The notes beneath the pieces were generated by a model that was given only the letters and a program-made list of their open reading frames with translations, was not told the origin of the DNA and did not search any database. Shown here one piece after another: positions 26,055 to 36,401 of a stretch of 61,365 nucleotides of DNA (the stretch's first letter is position 1; each line of letters starts with the position of its first letter). Source of the stretch: Pseudomonas phage Chuck. Where the stretch lies: sequence record OQ992557.1, one strand, 5' to 3'. Position numbers and translations under genes: made by a program.

Positions 26055-26618
26055 TCAGCCCAAGTTCTCGATGACGGCCTTGATGTCCTTCAGGGCCGTC
26101 TCCCAGTGGATGTCGCGGACCGTCTCGCCGTCCGCCAGGGCCTTCTCGCGGACCCGGGCGATGGTGCGGTGCTTGTCGGCCACCTGGTCCTCCTTGATGG
26201 GCTTCCCGCCGTTGCGCTCCTGGATGCGCTTCAGGCAGACTTCGAGCGGCGTGTCCAGGAAGGCCCAGATCATTCCGCCGTTCGCCTTCGACCACTCCTG
26301 CCACGGACCGTAGATGGTGCTGACCACCACGCCCTCGAACAGGACCGCCTTCACGTCCGGGTCCCGCCCAACCAGCTCCGCGACGGCCTTGGCGGCGGCT
26401 TGGGTCTTGATCCGGTCCAGACCGGCGGTGGTCGCTCCGGCGGCGGCGGGGGTGTAGTCCCCGATGATGGCGATGCCGTCCGGGGCATACGTCACCGGGA
26501 TCGGCTTGTGGTCCGGGACGATGACGTTGATGACGCGGCAAAGCGGATCGCGGGCCAGGCAGCGCAGCAGGGTGGTCTTGCCGGAGCCGTTACAGCCCCG
26601 CACGTTGATGTACTTCAT
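26055..26618 (-). CDS. small P-loop nucleotide kinase (candidate 5-hmdU DNA kinase)
   Basis: Walker A GCNGSGKTT at the N-terminus; 187 aa; placed between the two paralogs. Confidence 0.55.
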   Translation of the reverse strand: MKYINVRGCNGSGKTTLLRCLARDPLCRVINVIVPDHKPIPVTYAPDGIAIIGDYTPAAAGATTAGLDRIKTQAAAKAVAELVGRDPDVKAVLFEGVVVSTIYGPWQEWSKANGGMIWAFLDTPLEVCLKRIQERNGGKPIKEDQVADKHRTIARVREKALADGETVRDIHWETALKDIKAVIENLG

Positions 26619-26672
26619 CTGGGTTCTCCATTTCAGTTGAAAACGGCGGAGCCGGAGCCCCGCCTGGGTTGC

Positions 26673-28115
26673 TCAGTCAATCTGCGTGATCGGGATGATC
26701 TTGCGCTCGCCGCCGTCCTCCTCCGGCGGGGTCGGTTCCACGATCTTCTTGAAGTCGGGCGAGCGCAGAGCCTTCGCCGCCCCGAACAGTTCCGAACCGC
26801 AGCGGGGCTTGCCCTCGTTGTCGTCCGCGCAGTGGAGACAGCCGGTGGGGGCGCACTCCTTGACCTCCTGGAAGGGCTGGCCCAGATCGGTCCGGGTGAA
26901 CATCGGGACGCGCTGGCCGTGGCACTGGTCCGCGGTGATCATTTCACGGCCCATCGAAAGCCAGGCCGGTTCGCCGGTTCCGGGCTTCCCGCGGCGGTAC
27001 TCATAGCACGTCGCGTAGGTCATGCCCAGCTCCGTCGCCCACTTCCGGTACAGCTGGTGGGCTTCGACCCGGTACGGCTCCGCGATGGTCTTTTGGGCTC
27101 CGGCCTGGTTCTCCGTGAACAGGTCCATGAAGGCTTTGGTGCGCTCCGGGCCGAACCGCTTGTGGAGACGTTCGATCATCGCCGGAGCCCAGCTGTAGCC
27201 CGCTTCCACAAACTTCACGATCACGTGGTTGTTGCCGACCGCGGCCAGGCGCTCGAACAGGTGGCGGATGTCGTCATGGGTGACGATCCCCGGGACCACC
27301 GGATTGACCTGAATGGACGTGTAGATGCCCTGACGGCGCAGCTCCGCGATTTCGTCAATGTGGTCCTGGAGGGAAATGGCCCCGGGGGACAACTTGTGCC
27401 AATCGCGGTCGTTGCCGGTGTTCAGCGACTTCTGGGCGTAGCTGTAGGGGTTCCGCTTCAGGAGGTCGATGGCCCAGGACGGGTAGCTGAGACGGCTCAG
27501 GAAGAAGATGGGCAGGCCCAACTCCACGAAGGCTTCCGCCCCCTGCTGGGTGTTGTGGTACACGTCCTCAATCGGCAGGAAGGGGTCCGTGAAGCTGGAG
27601 AAGTAGCCCGCGGCGGAGGTCCGGGACTTCGAGAGCATGTTGCGGACCTGCTCGCCGTAGTTCACCGGGACGCTGATGAGGCCGGTGCCGCGGTAGCCCC
27701 GGAACCCGCTGTTGACGTAGCAGAAGGCGCAACCCACGGTGCAGTAGCCCCCATAAGGCTCCGTCAGGATCGCCTCGCTGAAGCAGGGGCGGGCGCGGGA
27801 GCCTCGCTTGTCGTTGTGCTTGTCCTGGTACCAGCCCTGAAGTGGCTTGGCGTTCGGGATGCGGATGTGCGGGAGGTAGGTGACGTCATTGAAGCCAAGA
27901 TACACCTTGACCTCCTTCTTGTCGTCATCCTTCGCGTTGCGGACCATCCCCACCTTGGCCATGCGGAACTTCGCGCGCATGCCGGTCAGCGGGTCATCCT
28001 CCTCCTCGATTGGGCCCAGGAACTCCCGTTGGTTCGGGTCCGGGCGCATGAAATACTTGTAAGCCTCCTGAGCGGCTTCGCCGGTTTCTTCATTCAGCCA
28101 TGCTGCGTGGTCCAT
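26673..28115 (-). CDS. radical SAM enzyme (480 aa)
   Basis: CTVGCAFC = CxxxCxxC cluster; GAGGAG RBS; first gene after promoter P6. Confidence 0.75.
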   Translation of the reverse strand: MDHAAWLNEETGEAAQEAYKYFMRPDPNQREFLGPIEEEDDPLTGMRAKFRMAKVGMVRNAKDDDKKEVKVYLGFNDVTYLPHIRIPNAKPLQGWYQDKHNDKRGSRARPCFSEAILTEPYGGYCTVGCAFCYVNSGFRGYRGTGLISVPVNYGEQVRNMLSKSRTSAAGYFSSFTDPFLPIEDVYHNTQQGAEAFVELGLPIFFLSRLSYPSWAIDLLKRNPYSYAQKSLNTGNDRDWHKLSPGAISLQDHIDEIAELRRQGIYTSIQVNPVVPGIVTHDDIRHLFERLAAVGNNHVIVKFVEAGYSWAPAMIERLHKRFGPERTKAFMDLFTENQAGAQKTIAEPYRVEAHQLYRKWATELGMTYATCYEYRRGKPGTGEPAWLSMGREMITADQCHGQRVPMFTRTDLGQPFQEVKECAPTGCLHCADDNEGKPRCGSELFGAAKALRSPDFKKIVEPTPPEEDGGERKIIPITQID

Positions 28116-28142
28116 AGTTCAACTCCTCATCTATTGCGAAAA

Positions 28143-28171
28143 AGTCTAGTGCCTTACCCGGAAGAAGTAAA
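28143..28171 (-). promoter_or_regulatory. conserved-family promoter P6 with variant -10 (minus TAGACT), internal to the modification cluster
   Basis: ttgcgaaaaagtctagtgccttacccggaagaagtaaag; 17-nt spacing preserved. Confidence 0.55.
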
Positions 28172-28186
28172 GCACTATGAATTGGG

Positions 28187-29023
28187 TCACTCCCCGATGT
28201 TCCAGAACACGATGGGGCGTGGATGGACGGAAGCCAGGTTGAGCGGGTCACTCAGCCACTTCCAAGCCTTCAGATCATAGAACGGGTTGCAGGGGAACGG
28301 GGCGGAGGCGTCCCGGGCCGCGTCCGCGTACCCGTAGCCCTCGTCAATGAACTTGATCCGGTCGCCCAGGGTCAGTCCCGCGGCCTTCTCGATGTACTCC
28401 CGGGTGGCGTCCTGGCTCCGCGAGTAACCCATGTGAAGGATGACGTTGTAGCTGCGGAGCAGGCCCGCCTCCTCGAAGCCCTTGAGCACCCCGGCGGCGA
28501 CCGTCCCCGAGCTGATACTGATGACCAGGGTCCCGGAGTCCGGGAGGTGCGGGGCGGTGCGGACGGCCTCCGCGGCGTTCTCCGTGATCGACTCCGGGAG
28601 CTTCAGGGCGTTCGGCATCAGGTAGCTGTCGTGGTAGTTCTCCCGCAGGTGCTTCTTGGCCGTATGGTACAGGATCGCGGAGCGGCCCGCCGGGATGTCC
28701 ACGAGGTCCGCCCCGAGCTGGCGAGCGTGCTGCTGTTGGACGCGCGGGGCGTCCGCGGCCCCGTCGCGCTTGAAGCGGGGCCAGTAGTCCACGGCCTGTT
28801 TCCCGAGCTGCTGGCAGACGTAGGCAACCGCCCAGCCCGCCTTCGAGTGGTACGTGTCCAAACAGCCGATGGTGGTCTCAGGCCGGTTCTTGATATGGGC
28901 GACAACTCCGCGAATCTTGCTGAAGGACGGACCCGGGAGCGGGGCGCACAGGTCCTCCCGCTTCACGAGGATCGGGACCCCGTTGAGCTCATAGGTTTCG
29001 ACCGGGGTGTTGTTGACGATCAT
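28187..29023 (-). CDS. PLP-dependent enzyme, fold type II (ACC deaminase / D-cysteine desulfhydrase / TrpB superfamily)
   Basis: ATG 29023 with AGGAG RBS. VKREDLCAPLPGPSFSKIRG matches the family's vKRdDL...gNKlRk PLP-lysine region. Confidence 0.6.
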   Translation of the reverse strand: MIVNNTPVETYELNGVPILVKREDLCAPLPGPSFSKIRGVVAHIKNRPETTIGCLDTYHSKAGWAVAYVCQQLGKQAVDYWPRFKRDGAADAPRVQQQHARQLGADLVDIPAGRSAILYHTAKKHLRENYHDSYLMPNALKLPESITENAAEAVRTAPHLPDSGTLVISISSGTVAAGVLKGFEEAGLLRSYNVILHMGYSRSQDATREYIEKAAGLTLGDRIKFIDEGYGYADAARDASAPFPCNPFYDLKAWKWLSDPLNLASVHPRPIVFWNIGE

Positions 29024-29024
29024 C

Positions 29025-29909
<885 letters not shown>

Positions 29910-30173
29910 TCACAAGTATGCGTGACTGATTTTCCCGCTCAGGTCCTTCAGGATGTCCCAATCAGAGAATTGGCGACTGAAGGAAGGCTCCATGCGGACT
30001 TCTTTGTTGACGTGAATACGGGAATGGACCGTCAGCCACTTGCTGTCGCCGTCCTCCGTGATCACAACGTGAATCCACGGAGGTAGCTTGAAGGGCTCCA
30101 TTCTGTATCCCCGCTCCGCCGGGTACTCCACCCGGCGGAGCAGGTAGTCATAGGTGCGCTCCGAGGCTCCCAT
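29910..30173 (-). CDS. hypothetical protein (87 aa)
   Basis: Compact ORF at the head of the cluster. Confidence 0.45.
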   Translation of the reverse strand: MGASERTYDYLLRRVEYPAERGYRMEPFKLPPWIHVVITEDGDSKWLTVHSRIHVNKEVRMEPSFSRQFSDWDILKDLSGKISHAYL

Positions 30174-30183
30174 GACCCCGGCC

Positions 30184-30867
30184 TCAGTCGGCCAGGCGGG
30201 TCTGGCGGGCGTCAGCCTTCGGGGCGGACTTCAGCGGCTTGTGGGCCGGGATCGCGTGGCCTTCCGGGACCACGATGTGGAACCGCTCAGTGCCGTCCGC
30301 GGCGAAGGCGGAGCGGACCCCGTAGCCCTTCAGCTTCATGTCCCAGCCGAAGCCGGAGCGCACGGTGGCTTCGGTCCAGGGCTTGTTGCCGCCACTCAGG
30401 GCTTCGATCAGTTCAGCCATGGTCGCACCGTTCGGGCGGGACAGCATGTCCAGGAGCATGGCCTGCTTCGAGCCCTCGCGGCAGGGGATCGGGGCGTGGC
30501 CCGGGGCGGCCAGGTTGGTGCCGCGCGGGGCGCGGGCCTTCTTCTCCTCCGCGGACTTCGGAGCCTTCTGGGCCTTCGGAGCAGCGACGGGGGCGGGGGT
30601 TGCGGTTTCGTTCACGGTTTCGACCTTCTGGGGTTCGGCCTGCTCGTCAGCCTCAACTTCCGGGTGCGCTTCGGCATAACGCTGAAGCATCTTCCAGGTG
30701 CGGGCAATGGCGGTGGTCTTGTCGGCAAAGCGGCGGACGTTCGGGACGGACTCGCCGTTGCGGAAGGTGCCGATGACTTCGTTGTACAGCTCGACCAGGG
30801 CCGGGCCGGACAGCTCGCTCAGGGAGGCTTCGGTGTAGGCGACGTTGTTGAAGTTGATGGCGTTCAT
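30184..30867 (-). CDS. hypothetical protein (227 aa, central low-complexity linker, conserved C-terminal domain)
   Basis: AAGGAG RBS; first gene after P7. Confidence 0.55.
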   Translation of the reverse strand: MNAINFNNVAYTEASLSELSGPALVELYNEVIGTFRNGESVPNVRRFADKTTAIARTWKMLQRYAEAHPEVEADEQAEPQKVETVNETATPAPVAAPKAQKAPKSAEEKKARAPRGTNLAAPGHAPIPCREGSKQAMLLDMLSRPNGATMAELIEALSGGNKPWTEATVRSGFGWDMKLKGYGVRSAFAADGTERFHIVVPEGHAIPAHKPLKSAPKADARQTRLAD

Positions 30868-30918
30868 GGTAGGCTCCTTTTCTGGGGTTGAGGTGCGATC
30901 TTGTTCGACCGTGAGAGA

Positions 30919-30947
30919 ATCTTAACCCCAGCCCCCGAAGAAGTAAA
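30919..30947 (-). promoter_or_regulatory. conserved-family promoter P7 with variant -10 (minus TAAGAT)
   Basis: gtgagagaatcttaaccccagcccccgaagaagtaaag. Confidence 0.5.
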
Positions 30948-30966
30948 GTGGTTTGACTAAACTTTT

Positions 30967-31473
30967 TCAGGTCCCCGTCCGAAGGCCAACAACCGTTGGA
31001 CGGCGGAGGGCGAACCGTTGTACAACTTCTTCCCAGAAGGCCCGGGCGGTGTCCTCGTGCCCAGGCTTCCTGTACCAATGGTTGCGCCCCGAGGTGTGCG
31101 GAACCACAGCGACCTCGAAGCCCCAGCGATCATCCGCAAACCACTGGTGGAAGTCCAGGTGCTGGGCCGGATAGCCGAAAGCCTCTGCGACGTTCCGCCC
31201 AACGAGGATGACGTGCCGACCGCCCAACAAGGGCTTCATCGCGGCTGCAGCAATCCCCGCGTCCCGGGCGGGCCACTTGTCGTCCCGCTTCCAGCGCCCC
31301 GGGAAGGTGTGGAGCAGGTTGGTGCGGTCGAAGGTCTTGAGGTAGTCCTTGGGCGATAGGCCCGCCAGCTCCGCCAGACGCCCTCCCGCGGAGGACCGCG
31401 GGAGGGGAGCCAGGGGCCGGTCGGGGTCCGTGTTAGGTCCGGGCGCTTGGCCGATGAGTAGGGGCTTGTTCAT
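30967..31473 (-). CDS. uracil-DNA glycosylase superfamily protein (family 4/5-like)
   Basis: Motif A GQAPG and motif B VPHTSGRN; AAATGGAGGAAC leader. Confidence 0.6.
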   Translation of the reverse strand: MNKPLLIGQAPGPNTDPDRPLAPLPRSSAGGRLAELAGLSPKDYLKTFDRTNLLHTFPGRWKRDDKWPARDAGIAAAAMKPLLGGRHVILVGRNVAEAFGYPAQHLDFHQWFADDRWGFEVAVVPHTSGRNHWYRKPGHEDTARAFWEEVVQRFALRRPTVVGLRTGT

Positions 31474-31621
31474 TCTGGGGTTCCTCCATTTCTTCTTGCG
31501 TGACGTTCAGGTTGATGGTCCGCTCCGGGACCGGGATGGCCCATTCAGCAAGGCGCATCCCGGTCATGAGGAGGAACCCGGCGGCGATCAGCAAGACCGC
31601 CTTCAGGCTCAGTTCTTTCAC
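31433..31621 (-). CDS. possible small membrane protein (about 62 aa) between RNR and UDG-like genes
   Basis: GTG overlapping the RNR stop (GTGA); high GC3 over KELSLKAVLLIAAGFLLMTGMRLAEW; the 3' end overlaps the UDG start. Confidence 0.3.
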   Translation of the reverse strand: MKELSLKAVLLIAAGFLLMTGMRLAEWAIPVPERTINLNVTQEEMEEPQNEQAPTHRPSART

Positions 31622-33480
31622 TCGCACTCCCTCCGTCCGGTGGCCGGGTCGATGCGGCACTGGCTTGCCGGCTCCTCCGCCGGGGCGTCCGCTTCGGGCT
31701 CGCCGCCGTCATCCTTCACCACGAGGATGCCCGACCGCTTCCCGCCCAAGCGGAAGGTGGTGCAGCCCTTCGCCCCGCCTTCCCAGGCGCTCACGTACAC
31801 GTTCTTGAAGTCCTCCCAGCTGATGTCGGAAGGCACGTTGCAGGTCTTGCTCACCGCGGAATCGACCCGCTGGGCGGCGACGGTCAGGGCGGCGACGTGT
31901 TCCTGTACGGTGACGCGGGAGCAAGCCTTGCCGCGGACCCCGAACACGCGGGCACCGTAGTCCTCCACCGTCTCCACCCGCGGGCCGCTGAACTCGATCA
32001 CGGTGCGGTCGAAGCTGTAGGCGAACACCGGCTCAATCCCGGAGCTGACGTTGTCGGCGCACAGGCTGATGGTCCCGGTCGGGGCGATGGAAGTGAGGTG
32101 GGAGTTGCGGATGCCGTATTTGGCGATGGCGTCCCGCACGTCCTCGCGGAGGGTCTTGATGAACTGGCCCTGCAGGTACTTGTCCTTGTCGAACTTCGGG
32201 AAGGAGCCCTTGACCTTGGCGATGTGGGCGCTGGCCAGGTAGGACTCATCACGCAGCGTGTCCAGCACCTCCGCCTCGAAGGCGAGGAAGGCGGGCGAAC
32301 CGTACTCATGGCCCAGGGCTTCGGCGGCGTTGGCCAGGCCGGTGATCCCGAGGCCCATGCGGCGCTTGTCCTTGGCTTCCTGCTTCTGCTGCGGCAGCGG
32401 GTAGATCGCGCGATCAACCACGTTGTCCATCGCGCGGACCACCTGCGGGATGTCCTCGCGGTACTGGTCCCAGTCGAAGGCGTAGCGGCCCGCCCCGTCC
32501 TTGAAGATGTACTTGACCAAGTTGAAGGAGCCCAGGAGGCAGGCACCGTAGGGCGGGAGCGGTTGCTCACCGCAGGGGTTCGTGGCGGCGATGGTCTCGC
32601 AGTACCAGAGGTTGTTCATGCGGTTGATCGCGTCGATGAACAGCACCCCGGGCTCCGCCCAGTCCCAGGTCCCGCGCATGATCGCGTCCCACAGCGCCCG
32701 GGCGTCCACTTCGCGGTAGGTCCGGCCCTCGAAGGTGAGGGGGAACGGCTCGCCGGAGGCGACGCACTCCATGAACTTGTCGGTGATGGCGACGGAGACG
32801 TTGAAGCCGGTCAGCTTCAGGGTCTGCTGAAGGGACATGACCAACTGCTGCTTCTGGGCTCCTTCCGGGAGTTCGGCCACGAGGTCCCAGAGCGGCTGAA
32901 CGTCCTTCCCGGGTTGCTTGGCGTGAATGAACTCCTCAATGTCGGGATGATCCACGCGCATCACCCCCATCTGGGCTCCGCGGCGATGACCGGAGGAGGC
33001 GACGCACTTGCAGATCGCGTCGAAGATGTGCATGAAGCTGATGGGGCCGGAGGAGTGGGACTGGAGCTTGCGGATCAGGTCGCCGCGAGGACGGAGGGTG
33101 CTGAAGTCATAGCCGATCCCGCCGCCCATCCGCATCGTGGCTGCGGCTTCCGCGGCCCGGACCATGATGGAGCCTTCGCCGTCCACGAAGCTGTCGTTGA
33201 TCGTCCCGGAGACGTAGCAGTTGTATGGCGTGACCTGGCGAGTGGAGCCCATCGCGGACTGGATGCGGCCCGCCGGGAGGAAGCGCATGCCCAGGAGGGC
33301 GTCCCGGAAGTCCGCGAAGTGCTGGTCATCGTCCTTCAGGGCCGCGGCGATCCGGTTCATGGCCTCGCGGAAGGACTCGCCGCTGCCGCGGTACTTCTGG
33401 GCGTGTAGTTCTTGTGAGTAGGGTACTTGAGGACCGTGCATTTTGCGAGTCTCCTTGAAGGGTTGAGGGCTTTCTATCAT
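31618..33480 (-). CDS. nrdJ: ribonucleotide reductase, probably class II (B12-dependent), 620 aa
   Basis: Active-site NPCGEQ motif and C-terminal CxxC. No beta-subunit gene is present in the genome. Confidence 0.7.
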   Translation of the reverse strand: MIESPQPFKETRKMHGPQVPYSQELHAQKYRGSGESFREAMNRIAAALKDDDQHFADFRDALLGMRFLPAGRIQSAMGSTRQVTPYNCYVSGTINDSFVDGEGSIMVRAAEAAATMRMGGGIGYDFSTLRPRGDLIRKLQSHSSGPISFMHIFDAICKCVASSGHRRGAQMGVMRVDHPDIEEFIHAKQPGKDVQPLWDLVAELPEGAQKQQLVMSLQQTLKLTGFNVSVAITDKFMECVASGEPFPLTFEGRTYREVDARALWDAIMRGTWDWAEPGVLFIDAINRMNNLWYCETIAATNPCGEQPLPPYGACLLGSFNLVKYIFKDGAGRYAFDWDQYREDIPQVVRAMDNVVDRAIYPLPQQKQEAKDKRRMGLGITGLANAAEALGHEYGSPAFLAFEAEVLDTLRDESYLASAHIAKVKGSFPKFDKDKYLQGQFIKTLREDVRDAIAKYGIRNSHLTSIAPTGTISLCADNVSSGIEPVFAYSFDRTVIEFSGPRVETVEDYGARVFGVRGKACSRVTVQEHVAALTVAAQRVDSAVSKTCNVPSDISWEDFKNVYVSAWEGGAKGCTTFRLGGKRSGILVVKDDGGEPEADAPAEEPASQCRIDPATGRRECE

Positions 33481-33501
33481 ATCGTTGCTCCTGTTCTTGG
33501 G

Positions 33502-34695
33502 CTACATCATAACGAGGTCGATGCGTTCCGCGGCCCGGGTAATGGCGGTGTACAACCATTCCTTCCGGTCCTTCCCGTACCACTCGTCAAACAGCAGGAC
33601 GTTGTTCCACTGGGAGCCCTGCGACTTGTGGACGGTGAGCGCATAGCCATAGTCGAACTCCTCCGCGTCCTTCCGCTCCCAATACTCCGGCTTGTTTCCG
33701 TGGAAGTAGTGGGGGTGGGCGCTGACTTCGACCTTCGCACCGTCCTCGCCTTCGATGTCCATGATGACATAGTCGCCGTCGAAGATCGTGTCACGGCGGA
33801 CCTTCCAGAGCTGGCCGTTGAGCAGGCCCACCTCGTGGTTGTTGCGAAGGCACACCAGCTTGTCGCCTTCCTGGGGCAGGGCGTTCGTCCGCCCGAGGAG
33901 TTCCCGGGCACGTCCGTTGCTCGTGATTCTCGTGGCGTTCCTGCCAACGAGGAGCTGGTCAGTGGACAGTACCATGTCCCGGAGTTCTTCGCGTGGCAGG
34001 CGGCCATAGGGAATCACGCGGCTGGCACCGTAGTCGCCGGGGCGGAGCACGCGGCCCTCGCGGACCTCCTTGGACATCCAGATGATCGGGTTGTCCTGGG
34101 CCTGGCGGTGAATCTCCGTGAGCAGGATGTCGGGCTTGTTCTTGAAGAAGGGGGTGCCGCCCACGGGCGGGAGCTGTCCGGGATCGCCCAGGGCGAGGAT
34201 CGGGCAACCGAAGCTGAGCAAGTCCTCCCCCATCTGCTCGTCAATCATGGAATACTCATCCACCACGAGCAGCGCGGCCTCGAACAGGGGCGACTCCGTG
34301 TTGAGCTGGAACATCGGGCGGGCGAGGTTGATCTGCTCCGCCTTGATCGCCGCATCGACCTTCTCCACGAGGGTTTCCGGGACGGGCTTGTGAGTGAGGA
34401 GCCGCGCCCGCTCCGCTTGGAGTTCCTTCAGGCGCTGCTGCGACTTGTCCTTGGGCGTGTAGATGAGCTTGTGAATGGTACTCACGTTGGTCGCCCCGGA
34501 CTTCGTGAGGACGTGAGCGGCCTTGCCGGTGTAGGCGGCGAAGTACACGGGACCATTGACGGTCGCGGCGAGGTGTTTGGCCAGGGTGGTCTTGCCGGTT
34601 CCGGCGTACCCGGCGAGCTGGAACACGGGCTTGTCCCGGGTCTTGAGCCAACGCCCAACCCGGTCCAGCGCGGTCTGCTGTTGCGGACTCCACAT
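33502..34695 (-). CDS. SF1 DNA helicase, Dda/RecD-like
   Basis: Walker A GYAGTGKTT, DEYSM, C-terminal helicase domain. Confidence 0.8.
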   Translation of the reverse strand: MWSPQQQTALDRVGRWLKTRDKPVFQLAGYAGTGKTTLAKHLAATVNGPVYFAAYTGKAAHVLTKSGATNVSTIHKLIYTPKDKSQQRLKELQAERARLLTHKPVPETLVEKVDAAIKAEQINLARPMFQLNTESPLFEAALLVVDEYSMIDEQMGEDLLSFGCPILALGDPGQLPPVGGTPFFKNKPDILLTEIHRQAQDNPIIWMSKEVREGRVLRPGDYGASRVIPYGRLPREELRDMVLSTDQLLVGRNATRITSNGRARELLGRTNALPQEGDKLVCLRNNHEVGLLNGQLWKVRRDTIFDGDYVIMDIEGEDGAKVEVSAHPHYFHGNKPEYWERKDAEEFDYGYALTVHKSQGSQWNNVLLFDEWYGKDRKEWLYTAITRAAERIDLVMM

Positions 34696-34717
34696 GATGA
34701 TCGTTCTCCGTTTCTGA

Positions 34718-34752
34718 TGAAAAGAAGGGGGCCACGAAGGCCCCCTGAAGGT
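34718..34752 (-). terminator. intrinsic terminator/attenuator between SSB-like gene and helicase (minus CAGGGGGCC-TTCGT-GGCCCCC-TTCTTTTC)
   Basis: 7-bp GC stem plus U-rich tract directly upstream of the helicase RBS. Confidence 0.55.
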
Positions 34753-34796
34753 ACGGCCCGAGGGGGCGGGCCGTCCGGGTCGGTCCTCCCGGTAGA

Positions 34797-35636
34797 TCAG
34801 AACACCGGCTTGCCGCCGCCTGCGCCCTGGGCTTCTTCGTCCGCGGAGCCCGGAGCCTGCGACTCATAGGCAGCGCGGGCCTTGCCCTGCTCGATCATCG
34901 ACTTGATGTTCACGGCGGACTGGAACAGCGGGTCATCGGGCAGGAGGCGAGCCTGTTGGGCGTTCTCGCCGTCGAAGGCGATGGCGTCCCAGTTGAAGAA
35001 CTGGCCCTTGTTGTTCTTCTCGCTCACGGTCTTGAGGCGGTAGCGGTGGGCGAACAGCGGAGCCGGAATGCGGCGACCGTCCGGCAGCGGAATCTGGATG
35101 GTCTTGGCCTTGGTCATCCAGCCCTTGTACTTCTTGATCTTCGTGGAGCTGAAGGCCAGGACCGCTTCCGAGGCGTTGCCGTCATCATCCAGCGCGATGC
35201 CGTACACATAGAAGGTTTCGATCAGCTCGTTGCCGTCCGGGGTGCTGTACTTGCCATACTCCGCGGACGCTGCCTTGGCGTGGTTCACCAGATCGCTGTT
35301 GACTTCGTGGATGCCCACGAAACCGCCGCCCGCATCGCGGGGCTTCCACTCCACGTACACGTGCTGGGTGGTCGCCGGGACGAAGGCGATGCCCTTCTTG
35401 CCGTCCCAGACTTCGCCGGTCACGGTGTTCAGGATCATGCCCTGGCGCAGGCTGTCGTTCTCCTGGAGCTGCGGGCTGAGGGCCTGAAGAATCTGGAGGA
35501 ACGGGATGCTGTAGTCATCGCTGGTCTGGTTCTCGAAACCCGCGCCCGCGTAGTCGGCATATGCGCCATACTCCGCCATTGCGGTGTTCTGTTCCTTCAC
35601 TGCGACATCGGTGGTCTTGCTATCGGTCTTGGCCAT
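34797..35636 (-). CDS. ssDNA-binding protein, T7 gp2.5-like (putative)
   Basis: ATG 35636 (MAKTDSK...). Acidic Gly-rich tail ending in Phe. Located beside the helicases. Confidence 0.4.
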   Translation of the reverse strand: MAKTDSKTTDVAVKEQNTAMAEYGAYADYAGAGFENQTSDDYSIPFLQILQALSPQLQENDSLRQGMILNTVTGEVWDGKKGIAFVPATTQHVYVEWKPRDAGGGFVGIHEVNSDLVNHAKAASAEYGKYSTPDGNELIETFYVYGIALDDDGNASEAVLAFSSTKIKKYKGWMTKAKTIQIPLPDGRRIPAPLFAHRYRLKTVSEKNNKGQFFNWDAIAFDGENAQQARLLPDDPLFQSAVNIKSMIEQGKARAAYESQAPGSADEEAQGAGGGKPVF

Positions 35637-35778
35637 GGTGTGGCTCCTTCGGTTCAATGTGAGCGGGTCGATTGGGCCCCCGGTCGAATAGCCCTGCCGT
35701 CTCACCGGCTGTACCCGCTGTCACCCGCGGGGCGGTTCGGTCGGGAGGAAGGCCCGGGGCCGTCCTCCGGCATTCTGG

Positions 35779-36324
35779 TCACACTTCGATCTTGGACACG
35801 CGCTGACGATGGACCCCGAACAGGTCCAGGGGGACTTCCTCGCCTTCACGCAGCTTCTCGCGGACGAAAGCGGCAAGGGTCGAAGGATGGACGCTGGCGT
35901 TGTCGTCCACCTCGAACTCGTCCGCGAGACGCTGGCGCAGTTCGTCAGCCTTCTCGTCCTCGCCCTTGCCGAATGCGACGGCGACCACGCGCTTGATCAT
36001 CGCGGCGTGGCCGTTCTGCTTGAGCCAGGCGAAGGCGAGCGGGGCCTTGGCCTTCGGGATGCTGGCGCGGATCGTCTCGTCAATCTTGATCTTCAGGCCG
36101 GTGGTGGTCTTGAACTCGCCAATGCCGATCTGGTCCATGAGTTCGGGCACCTGGCGCTCTGCGATGTCGCGGAGTTCTTCGCGGGCCTTGTTGAGCTGGG
36201 CTTCGAGGTCTGCGACCTTCGACTGGGCAGCGGCCTGTTGTTCGGCCAGCTGAGTGAGTTGGCTCAGTTCGCCACCGGCGGTCTGAGGTTGGACATAGTC
36301 CAGGTATGCGTTTTCACTTGACAT
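35779..36324 (-). CDS. hypothetical protein (181 aa, coiled coil)
   Basis: ATG 36324 with GGAGAA RBS; first gene after P8. Confidence 0.5.
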   Translation of the reverse strand: MSSENAYLDYVQPQTAGGELSQLTQLAEQQAAAQSKVADLEAQLNKAREELRDIAERQVPELMDQIGIGEFKTTTGLKIKIDETIRASIPKAKAPLAFAWLKQNGHAAMIKRVVAVAFGKGEDEKADELRQRLADEFEVDDNASVHPSTLAAFVREKLREGEEVPLDLFGVHRQRVSKIEV

Positions 36325-36372
36325 GTGATTCTCCGTTTCTTCGGTGAGGGGGTATCCCAATCACGCTGAAGA

Positions 36373-36401
36373 AGTATAGTCGGTCAATCGGAAGAAGTAA
36401 A
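36373..36401 (-). promoter_or_regulatory. conserved early promoter P8
   Basis: gctgaagaagtatagtcggtcaatcggaagaagtaaag. Confidence 0.7.

Noticed and set aside
25072-26541. 489-aa version of the transferase-like gene
   Set aside because: The N-terminal 166 codons are His/Arg/Gly/Pro low complexity overlapping the kinase gene in another frame. The true start is the ATG at 26043, which has an RBS and sits directly after the kinase stop.
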